A stretch of 64,000 bases of DNA from an uncultured delta proteobacterium. Lineage in GTDB: Bacteria > Myxococcota_A > Polyangia > Polyangiales > JAFGIB01. Under the pieces are notes generated by a model. It ran no database searches, had not been told where the DNA came from, and saw only the letters and a list, made by a program, of their open reading frames with translations. Below are positions 50,302 through 59,943 of the stretch, piece after piece. Location: assembly GCA_963778655.1 (NCBI GenBank), contig CAVZVA010000009.1:1216001-1280000 (forward strand), in the 5' to 3' direction. The position numbers and the translations under genes were made by a program. Position 1 is the stretch's first letter. The number at the start of each line of letters is the position of its first letter.

Positions 50302-50853
50302 GTGAGACGAACTAGTTCAGAGGTCGATAGCGCAAAGCCACGCTTGGGGTGGACCGAGCAGGAGTTGCTCGAGCTGGAGCAGGCGCACGCGGACGGTCTG
50401 TCGACCCAACAGGTGGTGGAGCTGTTCGCGGCCCGCGGGGAACCGCTCACCGAGGCGACCTTCCGCAAGTACGTGCAGCTTCGCCTGCTGCCGCGCAGCG
50501 TGCGCGTTGGGCGCAAGGGCAAGCACCGCGGGTCGCAGGGCTTGTACCCCCCCGGGGTGGTGCGTCAGGTCGAGCTGATCCGGCGGCTGATGGCCCAGGG
50601 CTATACGATCCAGGAGATCCAGCAACAGCTGCTGTTCCTGGGCGGCGAGATCGCCGGACTGGCGCGCCAGCTCGACCAAGTGCTGGCTCGGGTCGAGCAC
50701 GCGGTCGAGGACGGCGAAGCCGAGCGCGTGGACGAGGTGCTCAAGCGCGCGCTGGCTGAAGCACGGGCGCTGGCCGCTGATCTGCTCGAGCGCCTGCGCG
50801 CGATCGAAGGACGTTTGGCCATGCGTGCGCGCATGGCCCGGGCGGCGGTGTGA
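50302..50853 (+). CDS. MerR-like HTH transcriptional regulator
   Basis: TFRKYVQLRLLP...GLY...IRRLMAQGYTIQEIQ, followed by a coiled coil. Confidence 0.75.
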   Translation: MRRTSSEVDSAKPRLGWTEQELLELEQAHADGLSTQQVVELFAARGEPLTEATFRKYVQLRLLPRSVRVGRKGKHRGSQGLYPPGVVRQVELIRRLMAQGYTIQEIQQQLLFLGGEIAGLARQLDQVLARVEHAVEDGEAERVDEVLKRALAEARALAADLLERLRAIEGRLAMRARMARAAV

Positions 50854-50889
50854 CGGGCGATCACCCGCGGACGGATTAGGGAGGCGACG

Positions 50890-51444
50890 ATGGGCGACGA
50901 ACAGGCGAGTCTGGAGCTGGAGGGGGACGCGGCGGAGCATTCCGCCGTCAATCCGATCGCGATCGGGGCGCTGGCGGCGAGCTTCATGGAGCTGGCTGAA
51001 GCGGACCCCGATTCCGACGAGCGAGGCAGGCGCAAGCGCAGGACGCGGGCACGTGCGCACACGATCTCGATCCGCCGTCTGAGCAAGACTGAGCTCAACC
51101 GCGGGCGCGAGCAATATCCGGAGCAGGATTACTGGCGTCCAACGACGCGCGGCGATTGCCTGGAAATGGAGCGGCCCTGTCCGTTCGTCGCGTGCAAGTA
51201 TCACCTCTACATCGACGTCCACCCGGTGCGCGGCTCGATCAAGATCAACTTCCCGGACGTGGAGGTCTGGGAAATGACCGACACCTGCGCGCTCGACATC
51301 GCCGACCGCGGCGGCATCACGCTGGAAGAGGTGGGACAGATCATGAACCTGACCCGCGAGCGCGTGAGGCAGCTCGAGACCCAGGGCCTGGCCAAGCTGC
51401 AGCGCATCGAAAGCATGGACCGGCTGCGCGACTACGTTTCCTGA
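50890..51444 (+). CDS. Cys-rich domain plus sigma70 region 4 HTH protein
   Basis: [12 protein letters not shown]...TCALD and [27 protein letters not shown]. Confidence 0.85.
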   Translation: MGDEQASLELEGDAAEHSAVNPIAIGALAASFMELAEADPDSDERGRRKRRTRARAHTISIRRLSKTELNRGREQYPEQDYWRPTTRGDCLEMERPCPFVACKYHLYIDVHPVRGSIKINFPDVEVWEMTDTCALDIADRGGITLEEVGQIMNLTRERVRQLETQGLAKLQRIESMDRLRDYVS

Positions 51445-51450
51445 TTCGAC

Positions 51451-52812
51451 GTGGCTCGCCTGGACTTCGACCTGCTGGTCGTCGGCGGCGGATCGGGCGG
51501 AGTCCGAGCCGCCCGCGTCGCCGCCGGCCTCGGCGCGCGCGTGGGCCTGATCGAGAAGGCCAAGCTAGGAGGGACCTGCGTCAACGCGGGCTGCATTCCC
51601 AAGAAGCTGCTGTATTGCGGCGCCGAGACTGCTCAGGCGTTCCACGATGCGACGCCGTACGCCGAAGGGCTAGGGCGCGCGCGGGTCGATTGGTCACGGC
51701 TGGTCGCGCGCACCGACCGCGAGGTGTTGCGCCTCAACGGCGTCTACCGCGCGCTGCTCGAGCGTGCGGGTGTGATCGTGCTCGAGGGCGAGGCGAGGGT
51801 GGTCGAGCCGACTGAGATTCGGATCGGGCGGCGCCGACTGCGCTCGCGTTACCTGATCATCGCGACGGGGGGTGCCCCGCGCGTACCCAAAGTCGATGGT
51901 CGCGAGCTCGCGATCACCTCGGACCAGGCCTTTCACCTCGACCGCTTGCCGCGCCGCATCGTGATCGCGGGTGCGGGCTACGTGGCGCTGGAATTCGCCT
52001 CGATCTTCCGGCGGCTCGGCGTCGAGGTGCAGATCGTGTATCGCGCGGCTGAGATCCTGTCCGGCTTCGACGATGACGCGCGCCGGCACTTGGCCGGCGA
52101 GCTCCGCAAGCAGGGCATTGGGTTGCGGCCCGGCCAGCAGGTGCGGGCGCTGCGCCGGCACGGCGCGCGCCTCCGCGTCGAGCTGACTTCCGGAGGCGAG
52201 CTCGACACCGAGTGCTTTATGTTCGCGGTGGGGCGCGTGCCGACAACTACCGGGCTCGGCCTGGACCGGATCGGAGTCGCGCTCGGCGACGACGGCCGGG
52301 TGCTGGTCGACGAGCATAATCGCAGCTCGGTCGAGGGCATCTTCGCGATCGGCGACTGCACCGGCGGTCTGGGTCTCACGCCGCTGGCGATCGCGGAAGG
52401 GCAGGCGGTGGCGCGCGCGCTTTTCGGCGCGCCCGAGCCGCTGATCGATCGGGACCTGGTGCCGACTGCGGTCTTCTGCCAGCCCCAGCTCGCCAAGGTC
52501 GGGCTCTCGGAGACCACGGCTCGAGAGCGCGGCTTGGAGCCGGAGCTGTACCGCTCGGTCTTCGTGCCGCTCGAGCACCGCCTCAGCGGGCGGGACGAGC
52601 TGGCGCTGGTCAAGCTGGTCGTCGACCGCGACACGCAGCGCGTGCTCGGTTGTCACGTGGTGGCGCCGCACGCCGCCGAGATCATCCAGGGCTTTGCGGT
52701 CGCGTTGCGGTGCGGCGCGACCAAGGCTCAGCTCGATCGCACGCTCGGCGTGCACCCGACCGTGGCCGAGGAGCTGGTGACGATGCCGCAGCCGGCGGCT
52801 GCGGCCAAGTAG
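51451..52812 (+). CDS. gor: Glutathione-disulfide reductase
   Basis: GGGSGG, GGTCVNAGCIPKK, GAGYVALE, GVHPTVAEELVTM. Confidence 0.88.
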   Translation: MARLDFDLLVVGGGSGGVRAARVAAGLGARVGLIEKAKLGGTCVNAGCIPKKLLYCGAETAQAFHDATPYAEGLGRARVDWSRLVARTDREVLRLNGVYRALLERAGVIVLEGEARVVEPTEIRIGRRRLRSRYLIIATGGAPRVPKVDGRELAITSDQAFHLDRLPRRIVIAGAGYVALEFASIFRRLGVEVQIVYRAAEILSGFDDDARRHLAGELRKQGIGLRPGQQVRALRRHGARLRVELTSGGELDTECFMFAVGRVPTTTGLGLDRIGVALGDDGRVLVDEHNRSSVEGIFAIGDCTGGLGLTPLAIAEGQAVARALFGAPEPLIDRDLVPTAVFCQPQLAKVGLSETTARERGLEPELYRSVFVPLEHRLSGRDELALVKLVVDRDTQRVLGCHVVAPHAAEIIQGFAVALRCGATKAQLDRTLGVHPTVAEELVTMPQPAAAAK

Positions 52813-52834
52813 GGCGCGCGGCAGGCGCGCACGC

Positions 52835-53734
52835 TCACGGCAGCCGGCGGCGGCCGAGCTGCGCCGCCCGCCGCGCGTGGGACCAAAGCGCACGGACCAG
52901 CGCGGCTCCGCGCGCACCCACCCGCTCCAGCGTGGTGTTCTGCACGAACACCGGATAGCTTGCCACCGCGACCAGGAACTCCGGAATGACCAGCGCGAAG
53001 GTGTTGAACAGGTGGAAGCCCAGGCCCAGGGCGAGCGCTAGCGGGCGCGTGCGGCGCACGAGCAGCAACGGCGCGATCATCAACTCGAAGCCGATGATCG
53101 TCCACGACAACCAAGTCCAGGCGTGCTCGGAAAGACCGCTCTGAACCAGGGCAAAGGCCAGCGGCGAAGCCCACATCCCCTGCATGTTCGAGCGCAGCAA
53201 CACGCCGGTGTGCCACTTGGGGTTGCACAGCTTCCACAAGCCCGAGCCGAAGTAGAGCAGCAGCGTCTGCATGGCCAGCACGCGCTCGCCCCACACGCTT
53301 GAGCCTTCGCTTTCGCGGCGCTGCGCGTCCAGGCCCCAGACCCGGCCCGCGTCGGCGAAGCAGAGCACCAGCAGGTCGATCACGATCAGGCGGTCGTAGG
53401 ACGATTGCCTGACCGCGAGCTGCAGGAAATAGTGATACAGAAACAGTAGCAGCAGCAGGCGTGCTGCCAGCTCGCTGCGGTAGCCCACGATCAGGGCCAG
53501 GTCGATCGCGATCATGGCCCCAAGCAGCGCGCGCGCCGCCGCCGGCGGCGGTGCATAGTCGGGCACGAGGTAGGGCAGCTGGACGCCCTGGTTCGAGAAC
53601 ATCAGCACGGCATCGGGCCAGAGGTTGATCAGGTAAAAGAGTAGGTACAGGCCGAACAGGATGCGCACGGACGCGAGCCGGTAGCCGGGCGCCGGTGCGT
53701 GGAGGAATCGATCGAGCGCGCCCAGGGCGCTCAT
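52835..53734 (-). CDS. HTTM-domain membrane protein (SdpB / vitamin K carboxylase N-terminal-like)
   Basis: Multi-TM; LYFGSGLWKL..W..G, FEL, GLGFH pattern. Confidence 0.8.
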   Translation of the reverse strand: MSALGALDRFLHAPAPGYRLASVRILFGLYLLFYLINLWPDAVLMFSNQGVQLPYLVPDYAPPPAAARALLGAMIAIDLALIVGYRSELAARLLLLLFLYHYFLQLAVRQSSYDRLIVIDLLVLCFADAGRVWGLDAQRRESEGSSVWGERVLAMQTLLLYFGSGLWKLCNPKWHTGVLLRSNMQGMWASPLAFALVQSGLSEHAWTWLSWTIIGFELMIAPLLLVRRTRPLALALGLGFHLFNTFALVIPEFLVAVASYPVFVQNTTLERVGARGAALVRALWSHARRAAQLGRRRLP

Positions 53735-54306
53735 CGCTCCTCGGGCTCGGTGTACCAGGACTGCGTCTTGACCAGCGGTGCCCGCTTCAACGCGCGATAG
53801 CCCGCGGGGCTCTGCGGCCAGAATACGATGCCGAAGCTGACACGCGAGACCTTGTGCTGCGGATGCAGGCGGTTCTGATGCTCGCGAATCCGACGCGCGA
53901 GATCCTTCCAGGCGCGCTGCTGCGCCCGCAAGCCGTGGATGTCCCACTGGTGCGTGGCGAACATCTGCGTGAAGACGATGCCCTGTCGCTGCGCGAAGTG
54001 CTCGCGCACCGGCAGATCGATCCAGCGGCGGCGGTCCGCGATCAGGCCGTCGCGGGTGCGCTGGCCGGCGATGTACAGGTCGGTGTTGACGAGGCTGTAC
54101 GAGTTGAACATGCCGGTGATCAGGAACGCGTCCAGCAGGAACAGCGGGCAGGGCAAATGCAGCCGCAGCTGTCGTATCGGCGGGGGCTGCAGGGCCACCG
54201 CCGCGTTGCCGTACAGCACGATCAGCGCGATCGCGTTCTGGGCCGTGCGCCGCCAGCGCCGCGCCCGCCCGCGCGGGGCGGGTGCATTTTCCGACTCTGG
54301 AGCCAT
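53731..54306 (-). CDS. Hypothetical protein coupled to HTTM gene (SdpA/DUF5819-like)
   Basis: N-terminal hydrophobic segment, GMF motif. Its stop overlaps the HTTM start. Confidence 0.6.
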   Translation of the reverse strand: MAPESENAPAPRGRARRWRRTAQNAIALIVLYGNAAVALQPPPIRQLRLHLPCPLFLLDAFLITGMFNSYSLVNTDLYIAGQRTRDGLIADRRRWIDLPVREHFAQRQGIVFTQMFATHQWDIHGLRAQQRAWKDLARRIREHQNRLHPQHKVSRVSFGIVFWPQSPAGYRALKRAPLVKTQSWYTEPEER

Positions 54307-54339
54307 GCGGGCCTTCGCGTGGCGGTCGAGCCGGCGCCT

Positions 54340-54909
54340 TCAGCGATAGTTGATCTCGACTCGCCCGTCGTCCCCGAAGCGTACCGTGCCGCCCTCGCCG
54401 CTGCAGCCGTAGCATGTGGTCCAGATCAATTGCTTCGGGTACCGGTCGGCGAATCCGATGGCGATTGAGGCGTCTGCTTCGTCGACGACCAGGCTCGCCG
54501 CGTGCTCGAGCCGGCCCCCGCCACGACGGTAGAGCAGGGCCATGACGGCGCGATCGCCTGAGCGGCCAGACAGCACCCACAGGTTGGTGCCCTGCTCCGG
54601 GCGCCAGGCGAATGCGGAGGGTTGAATGGCCCAGGGCTGCACGTGCCCGCGGCTGCGGCCGCCGCGGCGCAGTGCGGCATCCGCGTCGGCGTCGCTGAAT
54701 GGTACGTAGGCCTTGGCTAGCCGCGCGAGCCCGGGCACGCCAGCGAGCGCGTCCCGCGCTGCGGCCAGACCGAGGCCGAGTGGCTCCACCCCGACCGTCG
54801 GTCCGGCCTGGGGTGGCTGCTGCGCGTGCGCGGGGCTCGCCGGCTCGCAGCCCGTGGTCGCCACCAGGCCGAGGCCTGCCAGCAGCACCGAGGCGATCAG
54901 ACGCGGCAT
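54340..54909 (-). CDS. Hypothetical lipoprotein
   Basis: Signal peptide with ATTGC lipobox; C-terminal CYGC. Confidence 0.65.
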   Translation of the reverse strand: MPRLIASVLLAGLGLVATTGCEPASPAHAQQPPQAGPTVGVEPLGLGLAAARDALAGVPGLARLAKAYVPFSDADADAALRRGGRSRGHVQPWAIQPSAFAWRPEQGTNLWVLSGRSGDRAVMALLYRRGGGRLEHAASLVVDEADASIAIGFADRYPKQLIWTTCYGCSGEGGTVRFGDDGRVEINYR

Positions 54910-55009
54910 CGCCGTACCCTAACGAGCGTGCGCGGGGCGCGCCAAGTTTTCCGCCCGGCTGGCGGCGTCCCGCTTGCCAGGCGAGTCCTGGGGCCGTATT
55001 CAGTGGCTT

Positions 55010-55392
55010 GTCGGAGCGGCCCTGGCGGTCGCCGGCTGACCTCGCGTCAGCGGGAGGAAAGTCCGAGCTCCATAGGACGGGATGCCAGCCAACGGCTGGT
55101 GGGGGCGACCCCGAGGAAAGTGCCACAGAGAACAGACCGCCCCGTCGCCGCGAGGCCGCGGGGTAAGGGTGAAACGGCGAGGTAAGAGCTCACCGGACCG
55201 ACGGCAACGTCGGTCGCACGGCAAACCCCATCCGGAGCAAGGCGGAATAGGAAGGCGTTCGAGGGTGGTCCGCCCGAGCCTTCGGGTTCGCCGCTCGAGG
55301 CGCGCGGCGACGCGTGTCCTAGATGAATGATCGCCACCCGTGTCCCGGCGACGGGACGCGGAGAACAGAACTCGGCTTACGGGCCCTCCGAC
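55010..55392 (+). ncRNA. rnpB: RNase P RNA, type A
   Basis: GAGGAAAGTCC, AGTGCCACAGAGA, GGTGAAA, GGTAAGAGC, GGCAAACCCC, AGATGAATGA, ACAGAACTCGGCTTA. P1 helix GTCGGAG/CTCCGAC. Confidence 0.96.
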
Positions 55393-55393
55393 C

Positions 55394-55425
55394 GCAAAAC
55401 CCCGTGCTCACGCGCGGGGTTTTGT
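55394..55425 (+). terminator. Rho-independent terminator after rnpB
   Basis: CAAAACCCCGTG...CGCGGGGTTTTG hairpin. Confidence 0.8.
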
Positions 55426-55623
55426 GCTTCCTTGCCAGTCGCGGCCGCCGCCGTGCGCTTGGAAGATTATCCATAAATTCCGAGTATAGCGGTAATTTTG
55501 GTGGGGGCCGGTCAACGTGCTATCTACGATCCTCCGTCCTGACGCAGCGCTGCGAGGGTTTGTCCTTGAACCCCGTGGTGGGGGGGATCTAAAAACCCAT
55601 TCACTAGCTCATGGAGGTCCCTC

Positions 55624-55878
55624 GTGAGGGAACTGGTTCGCTACTTGCTCGAGAATGCGGTGATCGACTTTCGCGGCGAAATCTCCATGGAGAAAGTGCG
55701 CGAGTGCCTGCGCGAAGACGACAGCCGCGAAGCGCGCGCGTTGCTGTCGAAGCTGATCGATGACAAGGGCGTCGACGATCTGCTGATCACGATTGCGGAC
55801 TGCCTCAAGGATCACATCCGGGTCGGCATTACCGAGGACACGCTGCGCGAGCAGCTCACGATGTACAGCGAGAGCTGA
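55624..55878 (+). CDS. Small acidic hypothetical protein (84 aa)
   Basis: SD GGAGG, GC3-biased codons, amphipathic helical sequence. Confidence 0.75.
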   Translation: MRELVRYLLENAVIDFRGEISMEKVRECLREDDSREARALLSKLIDDKGVDDLLITIADCLKDHIRVGITEDTLREQLTMYSES

Positions 55879-55984
55879 GCGCCGCGCGTGATGGCGAGGC
55901 GTATCGAGCGCGCGTTCGCGCGGCGGCGGTGTCCCCGGCCGTGAGCATTGCCCAATCGCGATCCTCGATTTAGCATCCGCCGCA

Positions 55985-56875
55985 ATGCAGTCGGCGCGTT
56001 CGCATTTCCTGGCGCTCGCCGCGCTGTCCCTGGTCAGTCTGGGCGCGAGTTGCGACCGCGGCTCGAAAGCGGGCCCGGCAAGCGCGGCTGCCGCTGTGCG
56101 CGCGACCCCTGGCGAGCGCGTCGAGGAGGTTCCGGGTGTCGACACCTCGGAGCTGACCGATGCGGAGACCCGCATGTGGGTCGACCTGATCAACGAGCAG
56201 CTCTCGCCGTGCAAGGAGCCTCTCAGCGTTGGACGCTGCGCGGCCCAGAAGGGCAAGTGCGGGGCCTGCGTCACAGCTGCGCGCTACCTCGTGCGCCTGG
56301 TGATGGAGGGCTACGACAAGCAGACCATCGAGAAGGATTACACCGGTCGCTTCGATCCGCACAGCCGGGTCGAGCTGAAGGCCGACGCCAGCAAGGTTCG
56401 GGGTGCGCCGATGGCGCCGATCACGCTGGTCGAGTTCAGCGACTTCGAGTGCCCTTATTGCGGGGCGGCGCGCCCCGAGCTCGAGCGCCTGTTGCGCGAA
56501 TTCGACGGGCAGGTAAAGCTCGTCTTCAAGTACTTCCCGCTCAGCGTCCACCAGCGCGCCATGCCTGCCGCGCGCGCCGCAGAGGCGGCGTCTCGGCAAG
56601 GGAAGTTCTGGGAGATGCATGATCTGCTGTTCGAGCACCAGCGCGAGCTGGAAGACGCCGATCTCCTTCGCTACGCCACGCAGCTCGGGCTCGACGTCGC
56701 CCGCTTCCAGGCGGACATGGCTTCGCCCGAGGTGCAGAAGGTGATCGATGCCGACCGCCAGGCGGGCGAGAAGCTCGGCATCGAGGGCACGCCCACGATT
56801 TACGTCGACGGTCATCTGTTTCGTGAGCCACTCAAGGCCCTGTCGGCCTATCTGAAGGAGGAGCTGGAGCTGTGA
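55985..56875 (+). CDS. DsbA-family (thioredoxin_4) lipoprotein
   Basis: Lipobox GASC, FSDFECPYC, GIEGTPT. Extra N-terminal Cys residues. Confidence 0.9.
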   Translation: MQSARSHFLALAALSLVSLGASCDRGSKAGPASAAAAVRATPGERVEEVPGVDTSELTDAETRMWVDLINEQLSPCKEPLSVGRCAAQKGKCGACVTAARYLVRLVMEGYDKQTIEKDYTGRFDPHSRVELKADASKVRGAPMAPITLVEFSDFECPYCGAARPELERLLREFDGQVKLVFKYFPLSVHQRAMPAARAAEAASRQGKFWEMHDLLFEHQRELEDADLLRYATQLGLDVARFQADMASPEVQKVIDADRQAGEKLGIEGTPTIYVDGHLFREPLKALSAYLKEELEL

Positions 56876-56958
56876 GAAATTGTAGGCAATCATTCGAGCA
56901 ATCACGGTCCGTCGCGGCAGAGGATGAATCGCCTCGCTGGATCGTCCGTCGGAGCCCC

Positions 56959-57468
56959 ATGCGTTTGCTCAAGTTGTGGCTGTCGTCGCTGCTGGTGATG
57001 GTTCCCCTCCTGGCAGGCGTCGCCGGGCACGCCCTTGCGCTCGATTCGGGCGCGCCGCTGCCCGAGATCGGGCTCACCGATCTGGCCGGCAAGCGCGTCG
57101 ACCTGGCCTCGCTTCGCGGCAAGGTGGTGATCGTCGATTTCTGGGCTTCCTGGTGCGCGCCCTGCAAGCAGGAGATGCCCGTGCTCGAGCGTCTCTACAA
57201 GAAGTACAAGAGCCGCGGTTTGGTGGTCGTCGGCGTCAGCGTCGATCAAGAAGCCGCGAACGTGGGATCGTTCATCAAGCAGCTCAAGGTGACCTTTCCG
57301 ATCGTCCACGACAAGGCACACAGTGTCGCCGACCGCTTCCATCCGCCCCGCATGCCATCTTCGTTTATCGTCGATCGCAATGGCGTGGTGCGCCACGTGC
57401 ACGGTGGCTTTCGCGCGTCCGACGCCGTGTCGATCGAATCCGAGGTCACCGCGCTGCTCGGCGGATGA
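56959..57468 (+). CDS. TlpA-family thiol-disulfide reductase
   Basis: Signal peptide, DFWASWCAPCKQEMP, MPSSFIVDRNG. Confidence 0.92.
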   Translation: MRLLKLWLSSLLVMVPLLAGVAGHALALDSGAPLPEIGLTDLAGKRVDLASLRGKVVIVDFWASWCAPCKQEMPVLERLYKKYKSRGLVVVGVSVDQEAANVGSFIKQLKVTFPIVHDKAHSVADRFHPPRMPSSFIVDRNGVVRHVHGGFRASDAVSIESEVTALLGG

Positions 57469-57494
57469 CGCGACAACCCGCGGCGGGGCGTCAC

Positions 57495-59081
57495 TCAGCT
57501 CGGTCCGCGGTGGCGCAGGCGTGCCGCGTGCAGGAAGTCGGCGAGCCGTTCGGCCACGTAGCTGATCACGCTCGCGTCCTGCGGGTTGAAAGCGACGCCG
57601 CCCCGGCGGTTGATCAGTTGCAGCACGCCGAGGAGTTGGTGCTCGTGGACAATCGGCCGGAGCAATAGGTCGCGTGCGTTCAGCCCGGGGCGACTGTCGA
57701 TTGCCGGGGTGAAGGCCGCTTCGCGCGCGACGTCGTCGAACACACTGGCGTGGTGCTCGTCCCTCACCGCCACTGCGAACAGGCCCGCGGCTCGTGGCAC
57801 CGCCTGGCCCTGCATCTCCGCTGCGGCCGTACCGGTGACGGCGACGAAGCGCAGCTCGTCGGTGTTGATGTCATACAGGCAGGCGCTGGTGGCCTCGGCT
57901 GGAATCGTGCGCTCGAGCAGCTGCACCGTGAAATCCATTCCCTCCGCAGCGGTGTGCAAGCCGGAGAGGCCTTCGAGGGCTTCGAACACGTCCGCCAGCA
58001 CGTCGTCGTGCGGTGCGGGACCGGGTGGTACGGACGACACGCGCATGGTCGCGGGATAGTCGACCTCGACCTCGTCTCGCCAGTCGCGCCATTGCAGCAC
58101 GATCAACGGCGGTCGCTCCGGGGCGGTCCGCCAGCGGTGATCGAAGACCGCAAGATTGACCAGCTTGCCGCGCGGCCTGCCGATCAGGGCCTGCTGCAGA
58201 TCTGCGAGCTTGAAGCGCAATGCGGCCTCGGCTTCGGGAACCGTGACGCCTTTGGGCAGCAGGAAAGCCCGCTCGCGGTAACACAGGGGGTTGGCCGGCG
58301 TGGGCTCCTCGTCGCGCTCCAGCAGCAGCTCGAGGTTGAGCGGTGGGCGCGACGATCGGGTGGCCGCGGGCTGCGGGGACGCTTGGGGCGCGGCGGCCGC
58401 GCCCGATGAGCGGGCTTCGGGGCCGAGGTTGGCCGCCCTCGCCGCTGCCGCGCCATCGGCGAAGGTCATGGTTTCGAAGCGCTTCTTGGGTCGCGCGGGA
58501 GCTTGCGGACTTGCGGCGGCGGGCTCATGGGCAGGCGCTTGCGTCTGGGGTGCGCTCGGTTCCATGGCTTTCACGTGGTCGGCCGCGCCTGCTTCGGTCG
58601 GCGCGGCGATCGGAGCAGGCACCGGCGCTTGAGCCTGCTGCGGCGCCGGCTGCGTGACCGGCACCGCTGCCGGGGCAGCCGCTCGCTCGGGGATCATCGC
58701 GACGGTCTCGAAGCGCTTGGGCTTGCTCACGGGTGGGGGCTGCTGCTGCGCGGCGGCGCTCTCGACTGCGGGCGCAGCGGGTGCGGCTTGAGCTGGCGGT
58801 GCGACCGCCGTGGCCGCGACTTCGGACGCCGGCGCCGCGGCTTCGTCCAAGGCTTGGGGCGAGAGCACGAACTTGCGGCGTGAAGCCGCGTCCAGCACGG
58901 TGGCCACGCCGTTGGCATCGACGCTGCAGCTTGCGCCGGGCGGCAAGCTCGGCCGTTCGCCCATACCTTGCCGCGCAGCGCGCAGCGCGCTCATCCAATT
59001 GGTGGCCTCGACCTCGCCTTGGTGTAAAGCGTCCGACGCCCCCAGCCGGGCCACCAAGATTCTCCATTTTTGCGTCGGCAC
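57495..59081 (-). CDS. GAF-domain protein with Pro/Ala linker (start inferred)
   Basis: C-terminal GAF (ELRF...LLGVLQLINRRGGVAFNPQD). No output domain recognised. Confidence 0.75.
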   Translation of the reverse strand: MPTQKWRILVARLGASDALHQGEVEATNWMSALRAARQGMGERPSLPPGASCSVDANGVATVLDAASRRKFVLSPQALDEAAAPASEVAATAVAPPAQAAPAAPAVESAAAQQQPPPVSKPKRFETVAMIPERAAAPAAVPVTQPAPQQAQAPVPAPIAAPTEAGAADHVKAMEPSAPQTQAPAHEPAAASPQAPARPKKRFETMTFADGAAAARAANLGPEARSSGAAAAPQASPQPAATRSSRPPLNLELLLERDEEPTPANPLCYRERAFLLPKGVTVPEAEAALRFKLADLQQALIGRPRGKLVNLAVFDHRWRTAPERPPLIVLQWRDWRDEVEVDYPATMRVSSVPPGPAPHDDVLADVFEALEGLSGLHTAAEGMDFTVQLLERTIPAEATSACLYDINTDELRFVAVTGTAAAEMQGQAVPRAAGLFAVAVRDEHHASVFDDVAREAAFTPAIDSRPGLNARDLLLRPIVHEHQLLGVLQLINRRGGVAFNPQDASVISYVAERLADFLHAARLRHRGPS

Positions 59082-59265
59082 GGTTATCTGATCGCACAGG
59101 CTACGGGAGGCCGAATCGCCGGCCCGGGTTTTATCAATGGCCACATCCCAGGGCAAGCCGTCCTTGCGTAACCGTATGGAAACACCAGCCCACGTGTTGT
59201 GCGCTATCGTTGGCGCAGACTTCAGCAATCCGGCGCGCTGCTGAGCCGCTCGGAGGTTTCCAACC

Positions 59266-59943
59266 ATGTGGATTCTGGTCGTTGGGTCGAGCAGTGTGTT
59301 GCACCGCAAAGATGGAGGCGCAGCGGCGCTGAGCGAGCTGGGCTGTCGCGTGAGATCCGCGGATTTGTGGGATTCGCTGGACACTGTGAGCCTCGATCCC
59401 GAGCCGCCCGCTGCAATCCTGGTCGAGGCGATGGACCAATATGATGCGGGCAAGGCCGCGCTGGTGCGCATTCGCGCGGTCGAGGCGCTGGCCGAGGTCC
59501 CGTGCCTGGTGGCGGTCGCAGTCGGCCAAACCCAGCGTCTCGACGGAAACGACGGCTTCGACGACTTCATCTTGCTGCCCTACATCCCCGCCGAGCTCTA
59601 TATGCGTGTGCGGCGCGCCGAATGGCGCCGCAGCGAGTTCACCGGCAAGGAGCGCATCAAGATCGGCGCGATGTGCATCGACCTAGCCGGACACGAGGTG
59701 ACGGTCGACGGGCGCAAGGTCGACCTCACCCACCAGGAGTTCGCGTTGCTCAAGTTCCTGAGTCAGAACCGCGGTCGCGTGTTCAGCCGCGAGCAACTGC
59801 TGAGCCGAGTCTGGGGAGTCAACTACTACGGCGGGAGCCGGACCGTGGACATCCACGTGCGCCGCCTGCGCATGAAGCTCGGCACCATGGCCGAGCCGAT
59901 CGAAACCGTGCGTGGCGTCGGCTACAAGATGAAGCCGCCATGA
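59266..59943 (+). CDS. OmpR-family winged-helix regulator with atypical receiver (GlnR-like)
   Basis: LTHQEFALL..GRVFSREQLLSRVWG..YYGGSRTVDIHVRRLR..TVRGVGY. SD GGAGG. Confidence 0.88.
   Translation: MWILVVGSSSVLHRKDGGAAALSELGCRVRSADLWDSLDTVSLDPEPPAAILVEAMDQYDAGKAALVRIRAVEALAEVPCLVAVAVGQTQRLDGNDGFDDFILLPYIPAELYMRVRRAEWRRSEFTGKERIKIGAMCIDLAGHEVTVDGRKVDLTHQEFALLKFLSQNRGRVFSREQLLSRVWGVNYYGGSRTVDIHVRRLRMKLGTMAEPIETVRGVGYKMKPP

Noticed and set aside
52835..55126. 763-aa ORF
   Set aside because: Only the C-terminal 299 aa is HTTM-like. The upstream part overlaps two better genes and rnpB.
55495..55590. GTGGG motifs resembling MraZ operator repeats after rnpB
   Set aside because: They are not regularly spaced, and the downstream gene is not mraZ.
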